A stretch of DNA of 64,000 nucleotides from Candidatus Marinacidobacterales bacterium (GTDB lineage: Bacteria; Acidobacteriota; Vicinamibacteria; Marinacidobacterales; SMYC01), in assembly GCA_965237955.1 (NCBI GenBank), contig OZ250169.1:7424001-7488000 (forward strand), written 5' to 3'. The translations under genes were made by a program, and so were the position numbers. The notes beneath the pieces were generated by a model. It saw only the letters and a list, made by a program, of their open reading frames with translations, did not search any database and was not told where the DNA came from. Below, in pieces: positions 59,398 through 64,000 of the stretch; within the stretch, counting starts at the first letter, position 1, and each line of letters opens with the position of its first letter.

Positions 59398-60180
59398 CTA
59401 GCGTTCTAGCTCCACGGTGATGAGAACGATCTGTTGACGACGAAGTTGGTCTTTCTGTGCACCGCTCAGATCCGTCGTCGAGGATTGGGCGGCTTGCATC
59501 GTTTCGGCGAGGACGACGGTTTCGCCTGGCGATACCGTTACCGAAGTCGCCACGGCGATATAGGTCAACTCTCCGTTGTCTCCTGCGCGGCCGGCGAACG
59601 GTCTGAGCTCGAGGTGTGCTTGATCGCCTTCGAGCACTCGAGCTTTAGCCTCGAAACCGGTGTCGACGGGCACGAAGGTCGTGGAACCCCAATACGGTTC
59701 AAAGAGTACGGGGAGCGCTTTGCCGGTGCGCACGATTCCGGTGCCGCCTTCCAAGAGTCGCAAGCGGGAGCTCGCGCGGGTGGTCTCGTGCGCGCGCGTG
59801 GCATCGACACCGACTATGAGGCCGTTCGCCGCGAGCGGCGGGAGCGTTCCGATACTCAACGGACCCAAAGACGTCTTCCACGCGACGCGGACGCTGAGCG
59901 AGTCGAGGTCCTCGACCTCTCGTACGACACTTTCGATGACGACCTGGCGCAACGGACGATCCACTTGCTCGAGTAGCGCGAGCGCGCGCTGGATTGCTCG
60001 ATGCGACCCGTTCAAAACGAGCGTCGCCGTCCGGGCGTCGAGGGTCACCTGTCCCTCACTACCGAGAGCGTTCCTCGCGATCGGGACGAGCTCGGCGGCT
60101 GGGCGATAGCGGGCGCGGTAGAGCTCGATCGTCTGGGTCGCGCTTAGCGACGCTAGCAAGATTGCCATCAGTCCAGACAT
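59398..60180 (-). CDS. Secretin N-domain-containing short secretin-like protein
   Basis: YRPAAELVPI, D.RT.TLVL.G, L..VDRPLRQVVIE. Confidence 0.7.
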   Translation of the reverse strand: MSGLMAILLASLSATQTIELYRARYRPAAELVPIARNALGSEGQVTLDARTATLVLNGSHRAIQRALALLEQVDRPLRQVVIESVVREVEDLDSLSVRVAWKTSLGPLSIGTLPPLAANGLIVGVDATRAHETTRASSRLRLLEGGTGIVRTGKALPVLFEPYWGSTTFVPVDTGFEAKARVLEGDQAHLELRPFAGRAGDNGELTYIAVATSVTVSPGETVVLAETMQAAQSSTTDLSGAQKDQLRRQQIVLITVELER

Positions 60181-60182
60181 CG

Positions 60183-62360
60183 CTACGGCTTGAGGTGGCG
60201 CTCCATGTAGTCGAAGACCATCGTCCATAGATGGATGACCGCGTCTGTACCCCGTATCCCGTGGGTCTTGTTGGGATAGAACATCAAGTCGAACTGCTTG
60301 CGGTTTTTGATCAACCCGTCGATGAGCGCGAACGTGTTCTGGGGATGCACGTTGTCGTCGTGGGATCCGTGGATGATGAGCATCCGGCCGCGGTAGTTCT
60401 CGGTGTCGACGACGGACGACGTCCGCTCGTACGCTTCAGGATCTTCTTCGGGAACACCCATATAGCGCTCGGTGTAGATCGAATCGTACAGATGCCAATC
60501 CGTCACCGGGGCGCCGGCGATGCCGATCTTGAACAGGTCGGTGTGCGTCATGTGGAACGTCGTCGTGAAACCACCGCCGCTCCATCCCCAGACACCGGTG
60601 TTCTCGCTGTCGATATAGTGAAGTCCGATCAGGTACTCGACGGCGACCGCGTGATCCTCGACCGCGAGCGGGCCGATGTTGTGATCTCCGAGCGTCGCGT
60701 ACTTGTGGCCCCACACCGCAGCGGTCCGATCGTCGATTTGGGCGACGATGTAGCCTTGCTGCACTAGAAACTGGTGGAACAAGAACCGGCTGCCGCCCCA
60801 TGAATCGCGGATCGTCCCGAACCCGGGCATGCCATAGACGTAGGCGATGAGTGGATATTTTTTCCCGGGCTCGAGTTTCTTCGGCTTCATGAGCAACAGT
60901 CCGACTTTGGCCCCGTCGGGAGTATCGAGGAGCGTCCACTCCGGGGTCACGAGATCGTAGTCGTCGACAGACGCCTGCTCGTAAAACGCTGCCGTGCGGC
61001 CGGAAGCCACATCGTGAAACGTCGTGCCGCCCGGTTCGGTCATCGAAGCGTAGCGATCCAGATACGCGGCCGCCTTCGGGCTCATCGTGATCTGGTGCGT
61101 GCCCTTACCATCGGTCAAGCGTTCCACACCGGTTCCATCCAATTGCACACGATAGAGATCGCGCCCGATGGGGTTGTCGCGGTTCGCGGTGAAGTAGACG
61201 ACTCCTCGCTCCGCATCGAAACCGGCGATACCGACGACTTGCCAATCGCCCTCGGTCAGCGCCCGGATGATACGGCCATCCTTGTCGTGAAGATAGACGT
61301 GCCGAAAACCTGTTCTCTCCGATGTCCACAGAAACCGCCCATCGTCGAGGAAACGCAGTGCCCGCGGAACGTTGATCCAGTGCGGATCGTTCTCGGTGCG
61401 GATCGATTGCGACCGCCCGCTCTTCGGATCGACGTAAATGAGCTCGAGCGTGTCTTGTCCGCGGTTCAGAAGCTGAATGGCGACCGTGTCGCCGTCTTTC
61501 CAGTTGATGCGGGGAATGTACTCGGCGGCCCGATCGATCCACGCGGTTCTCGCCGTTTCGACGTCGACGACGCCCGCGCGGACTCGCGGGTTCGGATCGC
61601 CGGGTTTCGGGTAGCGCTGCAGATCGACGGTGGCCTGACGAGTGACGAGATCGGTAATCGGGTACGTTGGGACGAGGGTCTCGTCGAGCTCAAGATAGGC
61701 GATGTGCCGGCTGTCGGGCGACCAATGGTAGCCGGTGCGGACTCCAAGCTCTTCCGGGTAAACCCAGTCGAGATCGCCATGCAGGATAAGATCCGTTCCT
61801 CCGAACGTGAGCTGCCGCGCGGCATCTCCGTTCGCGGGTCCGGCCGTGGGCACGATCCAAATATCGTGCTCGTACACGAACGCAATCGAACGCCCGTCCG
61901 GAGAAAACTTGGGGTCGAGGACGTTGTTCTTCGAAGGCGCGAGGTGTTCCACTTCCTTCGTGTCCAGATCGTAGACCAGAAGTCCGCCCGAGCTCGTGAA
62001 CAGGATCGACTGCCCGTCCGGCGCCCAGAGATATCCAGGGACACCGAAGCGTGTTCGCCGAGTGCGCTCCCGCTCCTCTTGTGTCGCTTGAGATGGTGAT
62101 GGCGCTAGCTCGCTGAGCTCGTCGGCAGTGACCACAATCCGCCGCTCCAACGACGTGGTGTCGAAAAGCCACAGATTCCGACCACCGTCATCGGAAAGAA
62201 AGTAGCTGAGATTGCCGTCCGGCATCCATCGAATCTGAGATGGCGAGGGCGTCGAAAGCTCGCCCCCAAAAATAGCTTCGATGCTGAGCTGCTTGCCAGA
62301 CTGCGCCTCGGCAAGAGCGACCGGGACAATGATTAGAGCAGCGAACAAGACACGACGCAT
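60183..62360 (-). CDS. S9B dipeptidyl peptidase IV family protein
   Basis: DWVYPEE, YPKPG..NP, GWSGGG, DDNVH, H; signal peptide from MRRVLFAA. Confidence 0.93.
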   Translation of the reverse strand: MRRVLFAALIIVPVALAEAQSGKQLSIEAIFGGELSTPSPSQIRWMPDGNLSYFLSDDGGRNLWLFDTTSLERRIVVTADELSELAPSPSQATQEERERTRRTRFGVPGYLWAPDGQSILFTSSGGLLVYDLDTKEVEHLAPSKNNVLDPKFSPDGRSIAFVYEHDIWIVPTAGPANGDAARQLTFGGTDLILHGDLDWVYPEELGVRTGYHWSPDSRHIAYLELDETLVPTYPITDLVTRQATVDLQRYPKPGDPNPRVRAGVVDVETARTAWIDRAAEYIPRINWKDGDTVAIQLLNRGQDTLELIYVDPKSGRSQSIRTENDPHWINVPRALRFLDDGRFLWTSERTGFRHVYLHDKDGRIIRALTEGDWQVVGIAGFDAERGVVYFTANRDNPIGRDLYRVQLDGTGVERLTDGKGTHQITMSPKAAAYLDRYASMTEPGGTTFHDVASGRTAAFYEQASVDDYDLVTPEWTLLDTPDGAKVGLLLMKPKKLEPGKKYPLIAYVYGMPGFGTIRDSWGGSRFLFHQFLVQQGYIVAQIDDRTAAVWGHKYATLGDHNIGPLAVEDHAVAVEYLIGLHYIDSENTGVWGWSGGGFTTTFHMTHTDLFKIGIAGAPVTDWHLYDSIYTERYMGVPEEDPEAYERTSSVVDTENYRGRMLIIHGSHDDNVHPQNTFALIDGLIKNRKQFDLMFYPNKTHGIRGTDAVIHLWTMVFDYMERHLKP

Positions 62361-62444
62361 GGAACCTCCGCGCGACACGGTATCAGTCAACGAGAAACGG
62401 TTCAACGCGGGGTTCGATACAGTGATTTCACTGGAGCCGTCCCA

Positions 62445-62730
62445 TGTCGTCTCTTTTTTCGACTTTCGTCTCATCGTCCGTGGCTTTTGGCGGCGCCCAG
62501 GATTCGCGATCGCGGCAACATTTCCCCTGGCGCTAGCCATGGGCGCCAACACCACACTGTTTCGCGTTACCGACGAGTTCGTGCTGCAGCCTGCGCTTTG
62601 ATGGATCCCCACGAGCTCTACGCGTTGTGGGAAACGAGCGCTCGCCGCGAAGGACTCATGAGCGAAATCTCCCAATGGAGTTTGGCGGCCTCGGTCAACT
62701 TCTCGGGGGCCCAAGAGGGATGGTGACGCC
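62445..62730 (+). pseudogene. ADOP/MacB-type ABC permease N-terminal remnant
   Basis: DFRL..R...RRPGFA......LALAMGANT.LF. Confidence 0.65.
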
Positions 62731-62810
62731 GGGTGAGGACGAAGATCAAGCGTGAGACCTACGGATGAATTAAATGGAAGGGACAGGCTCCGTTTCACCA
62801 TGGAAACGCC

Positions 62811-62854
62811 GTTGACATGTGATTTTGATGAAAGTAAGCTGTTCACATGTCAAC
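62811..62854 (+). promoter_or_regulatory. vapBC promoter with operator palindrome
   Basis: TTGACA-17-TAAGCT; IR GTTGACATGTGA / TCACATGTCAAC. Confidence 0.75.
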
Positions 62855-63077
62855 GATGATCCAGATCCGCAACGTTCCCGAGAAAATGCACGGCCGGCTC
62901 AAAGCGATGGCAGCACTCGCGGGGATGACGCTGTCCGAATACATCCTGCGAGAGCTAAAGAAAGACCTCGAGAGACCAACGCGTGAAGAGTTGCTGGATC
63001 GCATAGCGAAACTTCCCGGCGTGAAACTTTCGAAAACGCCAGCGGAAATCTTACGAGAGGAACGAGATCGTCGTTGA
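62847..63077 (+). CDS. FitA/VapB-like ribbon-helix-helix antitoxin
   Basis: MIQIRNVP...H..LK..AA..G.TLSEY. Confidence 0.85.
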   Translation: MSTMIQIRNVPEKMHGRLKAMAALAGMTLSEYILRELKKDLERPTREELLDRIAKLPGVKLSKTPAEILREERDRR

Positions 63078-63469
63078 TCGTTCTCGGCGCCTCCGCACTC
63101 GTCGATCTCCTTCTCAACACCGAGCCGGGTGGAAGGCTCGCTCGACGCGTCCGTTCCTCCAGGGTGACGTTGCACGCTCCGCACCTCATTGATCTCAAGA
63201 TCGCGCAAACCCTCCGACGATACGTGCGACAAGGCGACATTGAAGAGGAGCGCGCGCAGATCGCTCTGCAGCATCTCGCCGTTCTCGATTTGAACCGGTA
63301 TGCGCATTCGGATTTCCTGCCGAGGATCTGGGCGCTGAAGGAAAACGTTACCGCCTATGACGCCGCCTACGCCGCCCTTGCCGAAGCACTTGGAGCGATC
63401 CTGGTGACGGGTGACCACCACCTGGCGAAAGCACCGGGGATCCGCGCCGAGATCGAGGTCCTCGGGTAG
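63074..63469 (+). CDS. vapC: VapC (PIN domain) toxin
   Basis: IVL.ASA, APHLID, N.TAYDA.Y.ALAE.L...LVT.D. Confidence 0.85.
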   Translation: MIVLGASALVDLLLNTEPGGRLARRVRSSRVTLHAPHLIDLKIAQTLRRYVRQGDIEEERAQIALQHLAVLDLNRYAHSDFLPRIWALKENVTAYDAAYAALAEALGAILVTGDHHLAKAPGIRAEIEVLG

Positions 63470-63631
63470 GTTTGCAACTTGTTCCACCGCATGCCGAAAG
63501 TTCGGGTCTCACGGCTTGTTGCGATGCGGAATGAATGATGGTGCCGTCCCAAAGGAGTGACGTGGAGGTTTGGTGCTGTACGGGGAGGTCGCCGTTGGCA
63601 GCTCCGGAGTCGAGTTTGGCTTCGGGGGGCG

Positions 63632-63689
63632 CCCCCTCACCCGGCTCGAAGTGCCCGAGCGAGCCGCCCTCTCCCAAGAGGGGGAGAGG
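63632..63689. repeat. REP-like palindromic element
   Basis: CCCCTCACCCGG...CCCTCTCCCAAGAGGGGGAGAGG. Confidence 0.55.
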
Positions 63690-63716
63690 ATAGAGAATGC
63701 TTGACTCGACCTGCGG

Positions 63717-64000
63717 TTAGAACATTCCCAGCTGGAGTCTCGCGGCCTCCGTCATCTTTTCGGGGGTCCATGTGGGCTCCCAGACAACTTCGACTTTGGC
63801 GGAGCTCACGCCTTCGATGCTCCCGACTTTCGTTTCGACTTCGGGCGGGAGCGAGCCCGCGGCGGGGCACGCCGGGGACGTCAACGTCATTTTGATGTCG
63901 ACCGCGCCGTCGTCGGCGACGTTGATGTCATAGATCAGGCCGAGCGCGTAGATATCGACCGGAATCTCCGGGTCGTAACAGGTTTTGATCACCTCGACGA
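63717..64000 (-). CDS. DUF59/SufT-like Fe-S cluster assembly protein (5' end outside window)
   Basis: YDPEIPVDIYALGLIY, MTLTSPACP, VVWEP.W. Confidence 0.9.
   Translation of the reverse strand, partial: VEVIKTCYDPEIPVDIYALGLIYDINVADDGAVDIKMTLTSPACPAAGSLPPEVETKVGSIEGVSSAKVEVVWEPTWTPEKMTEAARLQLGMF

Noticed and set aside
62361-62846. N-terminal extension of DPP IV in the ORF track (similar extensions at 9510-9791 and 19584-19751)
   Set aside because: Signal peptides (and, for DPP IV and the ELWxxDGT gene, SD-like sites) indicate later starts; the DPP IV extension overlaps an opposite-strand permease remnant

Overview
GC-rich (~60-65%) bacterial window. The gene repertoire (GWxTD protein, Ser/Thr kinase-TolB-TPR, ADOP permease remnant, PSD1/DUF1501 pairs, ELWxxDGT repeats) suggests an Acidobacteriota (Vicinamibacteria-like) genome; this is inference. 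It is an accessory region full of IS elements (IS21, IS256, ISAzo13-like, IS91-like, IS3, IS630 plus a MITE, IS903-group, rve elements) and deletion-collapsed pseudogenes. Intact modules: a CotH kinase / 2x DUF4956 / VTC polyphosphate-polymerase cluster; a porin-cytochrome plus cupredoxin pair; multiheme-TPR and Cu-monooxygenase-TPR/redoxin genes; a tandemly duplicated PSD1-cytochrome + DUF1501 pair whose differences cluster at active-site motifs; a panB-panE-panC-coaX operon with a pan-motif-like leader and terminator; and three type II TA modules. The ORF track splits one gene in two: a deiodinase-like selenoprotein (in-frame UGA in FGSYT-U-PPF followed by a SECIS-like hairpin). Best candidates for new biology: the VTC-DUF4956-CotH module (hypothesis: polyP export feeding an extracytoplasmic kinase), the selenoprotein, and the motif-focused divergence of the DUF1501/PSD1 duplicates.
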